In this document: positions 37,025-51,692 of the stretch, one piece after another
Layout of the letters: each line of letters opens with the position of its first letter
Numbering within the stretch: the first letter of the stretch is position 1
DNA from: Octopus sinensis
Taxonomy: Eukaryota
Length of the DNA: 64,000 bases
Assembly: GCF_006345805.1 (NCBI RefSeq)
Contig: NC_043002.1
Location: forward strand, 80,538,001 to 80,602,000
Direction: 5' to 3'
Notes under the pieces: model-generated
Told to the model about the DNA's origin: nothing
Databases searched by the model: none
The model's input: only the letters and a program-made list of their open reading frames with translations
Program-made: the position numbers and the translations under genes

Positions 37025-37215
37025 ACTTTTATTTGTTTCAGTCAGTTGACTGCGGCCACGCTGGAGAACAGGCTTTAGTCGAGCAAATCAACACCAACAC
37101 TTATTCTTTGTAAGCCTAGTACTTATTCTATAGATCACTTTTGCCGAACCGCTAAGTTACGGGGACGTAAAGACACCAGCATCAGTTGTCAAACACAAAC
37201 ACACACGCACACAAA
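37025..37215 (-). mobile_element. SINE family B, 3' half
   Basis: GTTTCAGTCAGTTGACTGCGGCCA...TCTTTGTAAGCCTAGTACTTATTCTAT...GCCGAACCGCTAAGTTACGGGGACGTAAA. Confidence 0.85.
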
Positions 37216-37794
37216 CAGAGGCCCATTTATATACATGCATCGTTTTATATACATACATGTAAGGTCGATCCATTCATACATCCAGCATCCATACGTTGAT
37301 GAAAAAAGGTAAATAGAGGAATGAGATGAATGATACAAACAGCTGAACCATTATATTGGAATAGAAGAGCACAATGAAAAGGCAGACTCACGGACACGAA
37401 GATACTCACTGTTGGAAATAATGAATACATGCATGCTACACAGTTTATAATTACGAATGTAAAGGTAAACAGAAAGTCTGTTAGATATATAGAGATGCAG
37501 AGAAACAAACAACCAATCTGACATGGATTATCGGCACTTGATTTTATAAATAATAACAGGCATAAACCAGTATCAATGATAGGCAGCTGTTACATTATGT
37601 ACGGATATAGTGTTAATAGTGTTAAACAATAAGGAAGTATTAAAATTATTAATTAACCATTAAGTGACTGTGTTAATAATACAAACGAATTAGTTCTCAG
37701 ATATAAACGTCAATATGGCGCTCGCGAAATTCAATGGCACTTTAAGAGTGAAGTATAATTCAATCTAAATATTGCAATATTTACAAGAGAGTAA

Positions 37795-37912
37795 GAAGAG
37801 TAGTAATAATTATGATGGAAATATTATTATTGTTATTATTATTATTATCATTATTATTAACAATAATAATAATAATAATAATAACAACAATAATAATAAT
37901 GATAATAATAAC

Positions 37913-37992
<80 letters not shown>

Positions 37993-38486
37993 TGATGAGG
38001 ATAATAATGTTGATAATAATTAACAATTAATAATAACAATTAATAATATTGAAAATATATCCACTTCGTAGATCTGTGAGAGTCATTAAGAAAGGCCTTT
38101 GAAATGAAGCCATCAAAGAAATATTTAACCTCCGTTTAGCGGTTAGAACTGAATAAACTTTGAATAACAACAACAACAACAACAACAACAACAATAATAA
38201 TAATAATAATAAATATCAACAACAACAACAAGAAGAATAATAGCGATGCTGATGCTGATGTTTGGACGCCAACAATGCTGGGAATAACAGAAGTAACAAC
38301 AAGAATAAGAATAAGAATAAGCAGTAGCAAAATGAAAACAAAACAAATATTTGCAAAAAAAAAAAAATTACCACGAGTCTCGTTGTCGTTCTTAGTCTTG
38401 TAGTAATTATCATCATCAGCACCGTCATCATCGGCATTATTATTAATATTATTAATATTAATATCATTGAAAATAACAACAACAAC

Positions 38487-38546
<60 letters not shown>

Positions 38547-38880
38547 ATAACAACAACAACAATAATAATAGTAATAATGATGATAATAATAATAATAATA
38601 ATAATAATATAATAATAATAATAACAATAATAATAACAACAACAATAATAATAGTAATACTATAATAAAAACATATGTAACAAACACTTCTCACTCGATA
38701 TAAAAAGTAATTTGCGTAAATAATACGCAACCGAAATCCACACCTACCATTCCCGTCGCCTCTCTAAATGGTTAACGTCATGATATATGATAACAATAAG
38801 AGGAATAACAACAACAACAACAACAACAACAATAACAAACTCATGAACAACAATAGCTGCAGCAACAATAACAACAAAGA
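37795..38880. repeat. (AAT)n/(AAC)n low-complexity tracts with short unique spacers
   Basis: Direct trinucleotide repeats. Confidence 0.9.
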
Positions 38881-39154
38881 AAGAATATGGAAAAAAAAAC
38901 AACAAAACAAATCAAAACAATAAACACTTTCCTTTCTCTCCAACATAATAAAGTTTTATTGTCGTATATAGTCAAAGACATACAGGAATCATAACCAACG
39001 GAACAACAACGCCAACAACAATAGATAGAAGCCGCAACTTTAAAAATGATGATAATAAAAACGTATAGGTATATAACCTGTGTGTATGTGTAAGCGTAAA
39101 TATGTATGTATACATCATATGTATATATGTATATGTGTGTGCTTATATACGTAT

Positions 39155-39215
<61 letters not shown>

Positions 39216-39503
39216 TATATATATATGTATATGTATAGCCATATATACGTACATACATACATTATCTGTACACATACATATATGTCACTTTTATTTAATA
39301 AACGTGAAAAAAACACAAATAACAAAAACAACGGCTTGAATTTATTATCAAGAGGATAAATATAATAGTCATAATAACCTCTTTATAATTACATATATAT
39401 ATATTATATATATAGTATATATATATATATCTATATATATATATATATATATGCATGTATGTATATATATATATATATATATATATTATATTATATATTT
39501 ATG

Positions 39504-39559
<56 letters not shown>

Positions 39560-40255
39560 CATGTATGTATGTATATGGATATATATACATATATACGTAG
39601 ACATGGTACATACATATACACACAGAGACACAAACACACACATACACGCATATATAAATGCGCGTATGTGTGTAAGCCTATCTATTTTTAAGTACGCATA
39701 TATTTCAAAGATTTTTACAGATATGATATATATATACACATACATTTCTACGTCTGTTTTTTGTGTGTGTATATATACTTATGACCTCTGAACTTCGGCT
39801 TGCAACGCGAAGTAGACGAGATGTCACGATAGAAGCTGAACCACACATCTATTACTTGCCAGTGAACCATGTTAGCAATTACAAGGATCATAACGGAATA
39901 GATTATACTGTAATATATTATATTATTACTGGGCATTAATAAAGGCTAAATTGGGAAAGCCCACTTTTGCTGGTCGTGAAGTAGTTGCTACATTGTCTGC
40001 AATAACAATGTGATACGGGAGAAGACCGGATTGCCAAGTATATCCAGCCAAAACATATTCATTTTTGTTGTTCCCACATTGACTTCGCTCCAGAGATCAG
40101 TTGTTACAACTAGTTATATGATAGTTAGTTTGGAGGGCGTGGTCCGGCTCCCCTACTAATTCTGTTCTTTTATCTCTCGTTTACTACATTTCTAAATGCT
40201 TCATTGTATATACACACACACACACACACAACATATATATCTCTATATTATACAT

Positions 40256-40294
<39 letters not shown>

Positions 40295-41559
40295 TATATA
40301 TATGTATTTATATATGCAGGCATATATGTATGCTTGCATGTGTGTATGGGGGTATGTATGTGTATACATATATATATATCCGCGCACAAGCAACTCACAC
40401 GTACACACACAAATGAATACGTGTCTATGTATATGAATATATATGTTTGTGTATATTCGTGCCTGTTTATGTTATGTGTGTGTGTATAGACAATTTCTTC
40501 GTAGCATTGGTTAGAGAGTCTTGTAAGATTCACTGCCACTCTCTTTTTTATTCTAATTCCAAAATATTGTTAGGTTAAACTACATCTTTCATTCTTTCGT
40601 ATTCGATGTCAACAATACTTTGTTTGTCTCAATCTGGAAAGATTGATTTCCTTCAAGCTATGATATGGATGAACTCTGCCAGACGATACCAAACGGACCG
40701 ACTTTTGGGATTACCTGGTACACCTTTCAGTTGTGATATAACCCACATGTGTAATCTTTAACTCAAATGACGTCCACTCATTTAACTCATAGTTAATCTC
40801 GAAAGAATTGCCTCCCTCATATCTTAGTATAGACGTTAGGCTCTATAGCCTCTTGCTAACATTTCGCTAGTGGAAGTTTTATGCCTTCCATCATTGAATG
40901 TATCTCTCCTAAAGAAGTTACGCTAAGACATGACAAATAAGTAAATACTCTTCAAACTGAATACTGTACACTTCTCATTCTTTGTCGACGTGCCAAGGAT
41001 TGCAAACGCGCTTTCAAGGCTATTTAATAAATCATTCCCGGGTAGATAATTACGGCAATGATACATATATACATACATAAAGACATACGAACAAACGTAT
41101 GTATTTATGTTAAGTACGTATGTACATACATACATACATATATGTATGCATACATACATATATATATGCATTCATACATACAAAAATACCCAATGAAGGA
41201 GCCTTGGCTTTAGGTTATAAACCGCTTCTTTCTCTCTGAGGCATTGAAATGAAAACCCGGATGACACTGACTAGCATAATTTTCACATCAACAAAGATGA
41301 ACACTGCTTCTACCTAAAACAAAAACAAGAAAACATAGGCTTCACATCAGCCCAGAATGTTTTTGAACGCCTTGTTTTGTCCCTTACGTAATATCCTTTA
41401 ATCAACACGTGTCCAAGTGCATCTCTTGACCAAGTATGCATACACAGATAACTTGATAAAACTTGATAAGGCAGATAACTTGCGAAAACTTGGGAAGCAG
41501 CTCTTCGAGCAACTTTCCAGGTCTGATAAACCTTGAATACATGCCCAGAGAGGTCGCAT

Positions 41560-42290
41560 GACTCTAGCGCAATGTATCAACAAATGAAAGGACGAATGCA
41601 TATCAGTTATAAGACCATACATGGATATGTTAGCAGAAAGTTTCAGGATGACAGTAACATTGATAATAAAAGTAGTCTATCATGGATCAACAACGGGATT
41701 ACTGTGTCTTTCTCTGAATGTTATGCGTTTGCAATCCAGGAACAAGAGGCAGCAACCGAATATCTGGTACACAAAAGGGACAGAAATGCAGACAAACGCC
41801 AAAATCTGATCACAGATGCAATCTTTATGGAATTAACATCGAATATATCAATCACAGCTTAAGCACTTGTCCAAAACTATCATCATGGTTTTATCTACAA
41901 ATGAGGTATGATATTGTAGCCAAGACACCGTAAAATGAAATTCGTCAGAAGGATAATCTCGAGGCCAAAGAGATAAGAACCCACAGTATGATAGAGGCTA
42001 TAACTGCTCATAATATTAGAGAGTACTGAAGGAATGTTTCAGTGAAAATCTCAATAAAATGTAAACATAAAAGTCTGGGTGTAGTTATTTGAAACAGAAA
42101 AAAGGAAGTTTGTACAGTGGTGGAAATCAACTCCCCAGCAGATATCAACACAAAACTACAGATCAGTATGGAAGAAAACTACTAAGCCAAACTCGAGAAA
42201 TCAGACTTCGTAAAATCAGAGATGAGAATGTTAATTCGAGTATTAACAGATTCCAGTGATCAATGAAATTATATAAGTTTGTGAAACTCT
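41560..42290 (+). pseudogene. R4/Dong-like LINE C-terminal region (post-RT, CCHC knuckle, RLE start)
   Basis: IHGYVSRK...ECYAFAIQEQEAATEY; DHRCNLYG...INHSLSTCPKLSS..YLQMRYDIVAK; frameshifts and stops. Confidence 0.8.
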
Positions 42291-43918
42291 CCACAAGTTT
42301 AGTATTTAAGCATATACGCGCATGTGTAGGCATGAGAATACATGCGTAAAACAAAACATACAAATCTGCATATGCACTGACTCCAAGTACTGCATACATA
42401 CATATATACATGCACAAATACCTTGTGGATTTTGTTGAAATTCCAATGAAGTAGCCTTGGATAAATTTTAGAAAGCGACTCGTTCTCTATTGGCAAGAAA
42501 TGTTAAAATGCAATAGAATAACCAACAAACATACATACACACATCCATAAATACATACATACATACATGCATTCATGTGTATGTGTCTTTATGTGTGTGT
42601 GTATGTGTCCACACACACACACACAAACAGCAACAAGAATATTGCTTAACTCACAAGGTATTGTCACCTTTTTCTCTGACAGAGAAGGAGAAAGTGAGAG
42701 TAGTTCTGTATTTGTCTGTGTATGTTAGTGTAAAAGAATGTCAGTTCTTTACGGAAATAATATTAATTAGAATGGAAAAGAAAAAGAGAAGAAAGCAGGG
42801 TATATATACAGAATGGTAGACAAGGCATTTCAGGAAGCAGCAGCAGTGCCCTATGTACATATGTAAAGGAATAGAAATTTTTAATTAGGGTTTTCTGTGA
42901 GCAATACAAGAAATTAAATAATCGAATGTATATTCGAACGTCGAAAACATGGGAAGTGACAAATACGCCGAAGATCAATATTAGTTATCTGCATTTATGT
43001 ATATTTTTATGTACATATTTACATATATATTCAGCTAGTATAATGTACTTAAACGGTAAAATAATTGGAAATTAGCTGTTGAAATGTCAGAAATATATAG
43101 TTAGATATTAATTTATAAGTAATTAATGTTAACTTAAGGAATGGATAAAGAGTTCATAGTGCTACAAAATCAAATGAACATATTGTATAAATGTCCGATT
43201 TCAATTTGTTCACAAAATATCTATACATGTGAAGTCTATACTATAATAATGCTTTTTAATGGATGTGGAGTATACACTATTTACTAATGAAAGCAATTGT
43301 TAAATTCTACACAGTCTAGAAAATTCTTTATAAATCTAATTTTATTAATTTTTATTACCATATTAAGGTTTTCATACGACTTTTACAATTGGAGATTTCG
43401 AACGCTAATTTTATGTCTCTAAAACAACGTTTTTGACACTATCAGATAGGGTTTTCTCACAGTATTTTCCATCCCGCTTATACTTATGATAATAACATAA
43501 TCTCTCTTACATATTTCCGATAGTTACTTCCTTTGTGGAGAATACTATCTGTGTTATTGTATTTCATATGAATATGAATAAAAGAATATCATTTACCATT
43601 TTCGTACATCTATAACTGGGTTATTAATGCTAAGATATACAAATACATATATCAACAGAAAAACAATTCAGAACGAATATAAGTTATACAATGACATGTG
43701 TTCAAAACTGCAGTAAGTTCTTCAATGAGATTTTTCCAGGACAGGATGGGTGTGCAATCTAGTTCAGTCAAGCAAGGTTACGAAATCTTCTGTTAAGTGT
43801 ACATGTACGATAAACGTAAAATATTTACGTACCTAGGTTAAGTCACAATAAAATTTTAACACACTTTTCTTGAGCGAGCATGTGTTGTTTGATAGAGAAA
43901 AATGCAAATATGCATTAC

Positions 43919-43986
<68 letters not shown>

Positions 43987-44194
43987 GTGTCATCTGTGTG
44001 TCTCTCTATTACCCCCCCCCCATATATATATATACATGCGTGTGTGTGTGTGCATGCGTGTATATACTCACATCCTGATATACACATAGATGAAATAAAA
44101 TCCGCACAAACACGCGTGCACACACTTATGTATTCATTGATGTACATACATACACACATACATATGTATTTATATATATGAGTGTGTGTATATA

Positions 44195-44295
<101 letters not shown>

Positions 44296-44300
44296 CGTAC

Positions 44301-44333
<33 letters not shown>

Positions 44334-44337
<4 letters not shown>

Positions 44338-45616
44338 GTGTGATATCACCATTTCAGTTTCTAAATTTACGAGCATGCACATTATTTGTGTTTGATTTTG
44401 TCGACTACACACTATAGTAAGGTCAGTTGGGCAGCGTCTGTGAGAAACACAACACCATGACGCAATTCAAAAAATTGGATACGACATGCTGTACTGCTTG
44501 GCATTCAAGTCGGAAGTTCCAATACAAACATTTCTGAGTGATTGGTTGTCAGTCTGAGGACAGTGTAGAGGATTGGAAATGAGTTGGATGAGTCTAATGG
44601 TGATTACAAAGGTACGGCAGCTCGAAAAACTCACTGTGATCGTTCTGACAAAAATAAGAACTCAAGGAAGTTTTTGGTGAGATCCAGGGCATGATTGACA
44701 ACGATTCTTCCATGTCGATCAGGTCCATCGCCAGGGACATGGGAATGTGTGAGATTCTTATCAGGCAGGTAGTGTATGAAGACATTCGGTATTCCTCATA
44801 AAGATGGGAAGGGCCAATTTGTATCCCAAGCCCTCAAGGACACGAGAAAAGACCGCGCTACGAAGCTTTTGAACGAACTGAAGCATCCTCCATCCCCTCC
44901 AGTCGAACATGCTTTGGTGATTCTAAGACGAGAAAAATTTCTGTCTGGATCACATCGTGAACAAACAGAGCAACCTTTGGCTTACTGTGACCCAGAACAT
45001 GCACTAAGAGTGAGAAAAAATCAAACATCCAGTTAACATCATAATGTTTGGAGTGATCACTAGTGATGGCGATGTTAGGTCTCCATTCATCTTCCCACAC
45101 GGCCTCAGAGTCAACACGGAGGCTCACATTAAGTGCCTGGAGGAGGTAGTGCTGCCCTGGGTTAGGAGGATGGTTGCAGGAAGACTCTATGTCTAGAAAC
45201 AGGACTCTGTACCATGCCACACAAGCAGCAGAGCCCAGTCATGGCTGACAAACAGTTTGTGCGTCCACATCACCATCTAACTCCTCAGACTACAACACTC
45301 TTGATTATTATGCGTGGGGCGCAGTTGAGTAGGAGACCAACAAAGCTACTTGTAACACCAGAGATGAATTGAAGGCAAGGTTTATGACAGTATTCACCAA
45401 CTTAAACAAGCAGAACGTCCAGAAGAGTGGCAGGAGATTCTGAAGGCGTCTGGAGGCCGTGGTTGAAACCAATGGCGATTTTATCGAACAAATTTATTCG
45501 TTGGTATTTTAAGAAATTGTAATGTAAATTTGGTATATATATCTGTTAAAATGAGATGTCAGTGTTAGTTTCATTTTCGCGTAATTTAGACGAGAATCTA
45601 TTCACCATACCATGTA
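44334..45616 (+). mobile_element. Decayed maT/DD37D-like Tc1/mariner element inserted in (TA)n
   Basis: KDRATKLLNELKHP; F*DEKNF; KHPVNIIMFGVITSDGDV; KQDSVPCHTS; DYNTLDYYAWGAVE; RRLEAVVETNGDFIE; weak TIR sharing TCTAAATT; TA at both ends. Confidence 0.9.
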
Positions 45617-45634
45617 TATATATATATATATATA

Positions 45635-46057
45635 ACTTATGAATAAGGGCAAAATAAAATTATTTCTATGCCAATATGCTGAGAACAGACTTTAAATCGT
45701 CAATTTACACATATCATTAAACATTCACTATAAATACACATTGTGCTGAAATCGAGGAAAGCTAGCCAACAGAATTTTTTTTTTAAAGTTCGTTCTTTCT
45801 ATATTGAATCAATTTCGGGATTAATCCTATGGATTCTTCCCTTTTCAGTAGTAAATACGATAAGAAATAAATGAAATACTTACACGCACCCATGGAAAAA
45901 AGCATAAGCAAGAATCATGAGTACACTTAACTCTTATGTGTACACATGACTCTTGCTTATGCTTTTTTCCATGGGCGCGTGTAAACATTTCATTTTATTT
46001 CTTATCGTATTTTCTACTGAAAAGGGAAGAATCCATAGGATTAATCCCGAAATTGAT
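45635..46057. mobile_element. Foldback element with ~120-bp inverted arms (45808-45926 / 45938-46057), each with a hammerhead motif
   Basis: CTA-CTGAAAA-GGGA..AATCC ata GGATT..TCCC-GAAA-TTGA t TCAA-TA-TAG on - strand (45796-45854); truncated mirror copy on + (46011-46057). Confidence 0.85.
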
Positions 46058-46084
46058 GTCGATATTGACGTTTTGGAAGTCCAG

Positions 46085-46400
46085 TAATCAGAAGAACTAA
46101 GAAAAACATCGCAGATGTGTGTGTAGCTGTGAGAATTCGTCGTGCAGATCAGTCCAGTCCAGTCCATTATCACTGAAGATTTGGGTATGACACGCGCGTC
46201 TACCATGTTTGTGCCGAAACTGTTTTCAGCTGACCAAAAAGACACCCGGGTTTCAATAGCACAAGATCTCCTTAATTGTGTCGAAAACAATGAAAAGTTT
46301 TTGAAAACTTTGCGTAGGCCTCTGAACAGTTATTGCCAGCTTTTGACAAAATTTGATACTGATTCTCTGAACAACTTTCTCTGTTATGGTTAATGCGATG
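46085..46400 (+). pseudogene. mariner (DD34D-type) transposase fragment
   Basis: VQSIITEDLGMTRASTMFVPKLFSADQKDTRVSIAQDLL resembles the WVPKLL linker region. Confidence 0.8.
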
Positions 46401-47317
46401 ATCACACGATATACACACCTTCCTTTCAAGCCCTGTTGTAAACAGCGGAAGTGAGCTATAACGTCAAAATTTAGCGCGCATGCACAGTAGAGATCAAGGT
46501 CAATCCCTGCAAAGCGGTTTCACTCTCCATGTTACTATTGCAACAGTGCGGATGCTTATTGATCAGACCATGTATGCATTTATGTATGTACGTACGTACG
46601 TATGTATGTATGTATGTATGTATGTATGTATGTATGTATGTATGTATGGATGGATGGATGGATGGATGGATGGATGGATGCATGCATGCATGCATGTATA
46701 TATGTATTTATGTATGTATATTAGAAGTTTAAATAATCTGAGGTTGTACATTGAAAGAAGTAATGGTCAATGAAGGAATGTCTAAACTTCGTTAGTAATA
46801 TCTGGTACACAATATTATGTATGTGTATTGTGTAAAATGTATGTTATACGAATGTATTCCAAATATGTATGTAGATTAATGCATAAAGATTGCAATATAT
46901 TATATATGGAAACTCATATCAGCGTAGGAAATATCTACCGTGAATGTTTATTTAATAAAATGCATATATTGTGATATATGTATGTCTCACAGTAGCGACA
47001 TTATATATAAGACATGTCATAATGATATTTATGTGTAATATATGCATGATATCTTGATTATTGACAATAAACGAATTTTCTAGGTTAGTAGATAAATGAA
47101 CTTTGGTACCACATAGCCCGGCAATATACGTATTGTAACATTTCTTGTCAAATATATGAAAGTGAAATTGTGTTGAGAGATTTACTAAAAACCAGGTTCA
47201 GTTTATCTCAATAAAAATGCTGTCTTTTTTACGATACGTGTACGTGTATACTTTACACACACACACATACATCTATATATATTATATGTATTAATGTATG
47301 TAAATATATATGTGTAT

Positions 47318-48100
47318 CAGGGGCGTATACTCCGGGTGTGCTATGTGTGCGCTGCATAGCCACTCAAAATGATAAATTCATTATAAATATTAACCTTACT
47401 CATTGGTTTAATTGCAAATCATAAAGGAAAACTTTTGTTATACCCCTATTTGAAATTTGGAGGCGGGTGTCCTGAAATAGCACTTCACATCATACAGCGC
47501 TTTCTATCATAATAAGGTACCGGGCGTTTCGTAGGAGAATGGGAGAAAGGCAAAAAAATTAATGGTGCAGGCTGTGTGACAGCTTTGACAGCACGGTCGC
47601 ATGTTCGTCTTCATGGTGAGAAGTTGTACGTTCAAATGAATTTAAAATTCCTAAACTAAAACGAATGATTTTTACAATATTTTTTTCTTACAATATCATT
47701 ATATAACTTTCATCTTAATTTGTTTTCAAGGCTAATTATAAAGCAGTTCATTGTACGACGAGGTTCTCGTACATTTTACGTCTCAAAGAGCAATAGCACT
47801 TACATATAAGTAATTTAAGTAAGTAAAACTATACGGTTTCTTATTTTTCAGCGTGTGCGCATAAGAAAATTAGGACTTATATTAGAATGCTTACAATTTA
47901 TAGGGTATTACTAATTCAGTTTACATTGGCTAGATATATCTTTGTCCCAAGTGAATTACGTTTACATTATTTACATTTTGGAACCTGTATTTCGAATAGA
48001 AATACACAATTTGTATGCCTAATTTGAGTAATACTAAGGTTAATTATTGTATGCTCAGTGTGGCAGTACACCCAATGACAACATTCCCCATACACCACTG
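47318..48100. mobile_element. Non-autonomous hAT-like element
   Basis: Termini CAGGGGCGTATA / reverse complement CAGTGGTGTATG; imperfect 8-bp flanks ATGTGTAT / ATTTATAT; no ORF. Confidence 0.6.
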
Positions 48101-48145
<45 letters not shown>

Positions 48146-48150
<5 letters not shown>

Positions 48151-48326
48151 TAGAAAAAAGCCGCCTTTTATCAATTCAATGTTGAAAAATTAAATTATAC
48201 CATTTACAAAAATTACATATTATAGAAAAATTAAATATAAGACAAAACATATAACAATTATTAAGCAAATGGTATAATTTAATTTTTCAATATTGAATTG
48301 ATCAACGGTGGGTTTTTTTCTAATTT
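48146..48326. repeat. (TA)n-flanked inverted repeat, ~60-bp arms
   Basis: AAATTAGAAAAAA...ATCAATTCAAT-TTGAAAAATTAAATTATACCATTT and its reverse complement. Confidence 0.85.
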
Positions 48327-48589
48327 ATATATATATATATATTATATTTCGTGAAATTTGATTTAGTATTTCTAAATTGAATTTTTCTCTCTAAGTTTGG
48401 AATAATATTCCCCCATATTATATATATATATATATATATACAAATATGGAGGAAGGGTAGTTCACAGGTGATCTAAACGATTAGGTACACTAGGTAAGTG
48501 CTGTAATGGATTACCAGGGCTCCAAGATTATAGCCAAACGGTAGTTATGGACCCATTGCAATTTTCCGATGCAGCTGATATATAAATGT

Positions 48590-48745
48590 TAAAGAGGGCC
48601 ACAAACGTTGAGGCAAGGCAAGCATCTCAAGTTATATACATTATTATTATTGGAAAAATTAAAAAATCCAAATTTTTTCCAATAATGATAGTGTATATGA
48701 CTTGAGAAGTCTGACTTGCCTTAACGTTTGTCCTCTCTATATATA
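48590..48745. repeat. Inverted repeat, ~65-bp arms
   Basis: ACAAACGTT-AGGCAAG...TCTCAAGT-ATATACA...ATTATTGGAAAAA and its reverse complement. Confidence 0.85.
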
Positions 48746-49277
48746 TAGTAACTCGCAGTTTTGTTGCCAACGACTGTCATCAAGAAAATATACAAAGCTC
48801 ACTGTAATTACATTTCTTAAGCATATGTTTTTTATGGCCGTTGTCTTCCCTACTTATATTGAAGGTAACCAAATTCCTAATGTACGAATGATGAATAATT
48901 ATAAACTTTAAAATTTCAAACCTCGTAGCTTTCCTAACTACTGCCTACACCAGTGTAGTGCGTTTGAGCAATTTGGTTACAAAACATTGCTCTCCGTGTT
49001 GGTGGAATATGCTAAAAATAGCGCCCAGGTTAATTCCATATTTTATATGTAATTTTACAATTAGCATTATAGACTGATTAATGCTATCCTAGGCACACAA
49101 TTATTGAATATTATTTAAATTTTTACACTTGTAAGAATTTTGGACCAGGTATTTAGTTTTCTAGATCAGAATTCATATGTAGATAAACAACAATAATAGC
49201 AATTAAGACAATAAACAAACCCTGCTATACGCAAAAATATAAACTGATATGACGCAATATACCATATATGATAACAA

Positions 49278-49778
49278 GGTGGAATTCTACTTTAAGTACC
49301 CCATATAAAGCCATTATAACTTTTTCTTATTTTTTGGAATTTTCAGAAAATTTTTACAAATTTGTTTTCTACACATGGGATTTCACACGACTACGAAAAC
49401 AAATTTCCATTTTAATTTTTCGAAATAAAAAAAAATTTACGTTTTCGATTTTATAAAAAATCAGTTTAAAATACGAAGAGTCCGAATTTTGTTGCCTAAA
49501 TCACAGCAATAGACCATGAAATATGTTTATAGGGAAAAAGATATTGAAAAGCATCACTTCGTCCGTCTGACAAACAAACAAGGAGAGTATGAGGTGGTCG
49601 TGAGATGTGCTAAAAATAACAGATAAAGACCCCTTAAGTAACGCACCAATTTTTTTGTTCTTTTTATTTTTGCATAGTCTCATGTAGAACAAAAATTCAC
49701 AAAACTTTTCCGAAAATTTCAAAAAATAAAAATAAAAACATTTAGAATTATATGGCGTACATGAAGCAGAATTCCGCC
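49278..49778. mobile_element. ~500-bp MITE with long imperfect TIRs
   Basis: GGTGGAATTCTACTTTAAGTACCCCATATA vs reverse complement GGCGGAATTCTGCTTCATGTACGCCATATA; similarity continues ~100 bp inward. Confidence 0.75.
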
Positions 49779-50074
49779 AACAACACACATCTCTAAATGG
49801 TGACTCGAAATAGGACTAACTTTCCATGAAATCATATATTGCAGTCTTCAAAAAGAATGAACTGATGATCTAATCAATGTAGAGCGAGAGTACCACATAC
49901 AGAATCGTCAATGCTTGAGCTCTTGTCATTTCGGTTTCATCCGGGTTGATATGTGGATTATATACGACGAGCCTATTCACAGTTGCATTTCCTTTTACCA
50001 ATTCCTTCACAAGTAATTGGTCAGTTTTGAGTTACAGTTCAAGACACTTGGCCATAGTGCAGTGAACGCATCAT

Positions 50075-50720
50075 CACAAAATTACATAATTACAATTACA
50101 TAACATAATATAACATAATATAGCATATAACATATGAGATAAAACATACGAGGGGTGTATGAAAAGTCTTGAGCCTCAAAACAAAACAAAATGTGGTACA
50201 AGACTTCTGATGAAGCTACAAGATTACAAGGCTCAAAGGCCTTGAAGTCTCATCACTTTTCATACATCTCCCGTAATATACCATTGCGCAATAATGTCAC
50301 ATAACAAAATGTGACATGATATAACGTTATTTAGATATACCAGAACATAATATAACATATACCGCAATATAACACCGTAATATGATACAAAATAATATAA
50401 TGTAATATAATGTAACAAAATATACAATAAATAACAAATTGTAATCTAATATACCGATATAACAACAGATACAACATGGCTGGATATAATGTAACGTAAA
50501 CATAAAATACTATAATATAACAACATAAATTTCAGTATAATATAACGTAGCATAATGTAATATTTGTAGCATAATAAAATATAAGTTTACATAATATAAA
50601 TAATATAAGACAATACCTCTTAACGCAATAAAATGTAGTACAAAATATAACATGAAAAAAATCAGTATAACAGATAAGGCAGAAATCGGGGTATTACATG
50701 ATATAACACAACACGGTAAG
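50075..50720. repeat. Degenerate (CATAA/TATAA)n pentamer tract
   Basis: Recurring TAACATAATATAA pattern. Confidence 0.7.
50147..50275. mobile_element. Tiny mariner-type MITE
   Basis: TA+CGAGGGGTGTATGAAAAGT ... ACTTTTCATACATCTCCCG+TA. Confidence 0.7.
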
Positions 50721-51319
50721 TTAACAAAAAAACATTATCATATTTTTGTTTGTTTTTTAAAATATTACTTATACTGCTGTATTGATTGCCAAAGAGATAA
50801 TTATTCATAGAATAAATAACAAATGAACAACAACAATATAAACAGCAAAAAATACAACAAAAACAATACTGATAATAATAACATGAATACTTTCTACCGT
50901 TTCGTTGATGGCTTGGTCTGTCGAGAGATACTTAATAACATACAAATTAGATTTTAAAAAGAAATATAATAGCAATGAGAAAAACAATAATATCAATATC
51001 AACAATAAAATTGTAATAAATGATAATAACATTTTTTTCTTTATTTGCCACGAGGGCACCGGGAATTTTCCTTCTTTTTTTTTCTTTTGACAGTAAACAT
51101 TATGAAATGCTACGAAGATAAAGAGAAAACAAAACTAAAACGTAAACAAAATGTAAACAATAAAAAATAAGCGAAAACGAAGTGGCGGTTGTGGTGGGAG
51201 GGCAGAGGTAACGAACACGAATACACAAAAGTGTATTGTTTCACGGGTGAGTCAATGCATTATATATACACACGCATATACTTATCTACAACCATACATA
51301 CATATACACAAACATATAC

Positions 51320-51334
51320 ACATGCATATATATA

Positions 51335-51412
<78 letters not shown>

Positions 51413-51443
51413 ATATATATATAATACATACATATATATATAT

Positions 51444-51488
<45 letters not shown>

Positions 51489-51634
51489 CATATATATATA
51501 TAGATAGATATAGATATAGATATAGATATATATACATATATACATACATGCGTATATACATACACATATACCTATATACATACGTATATATATTCAGACA
51601 TACATAAGGGCAAATATGTATATATATTTATATG

Positions 51635-51690
<56 letters not shown>
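51320..51690. repeat. (TA)n-dominated microsatellite
   Basis: Direct dinucleotide repeats. Confidence 0.95.

Positions 51691-51692
<2 letters not shown>

Noticed and set aside
50201-50251. AGACTT-CTGATGA-AGC...GCT-CAAA-GGCC-T..AAGTCT hammerhead-like string
   Set aside because: G12 absent, register off by one, and it lies inside a MITE whose internal symmetry can explain the pairing
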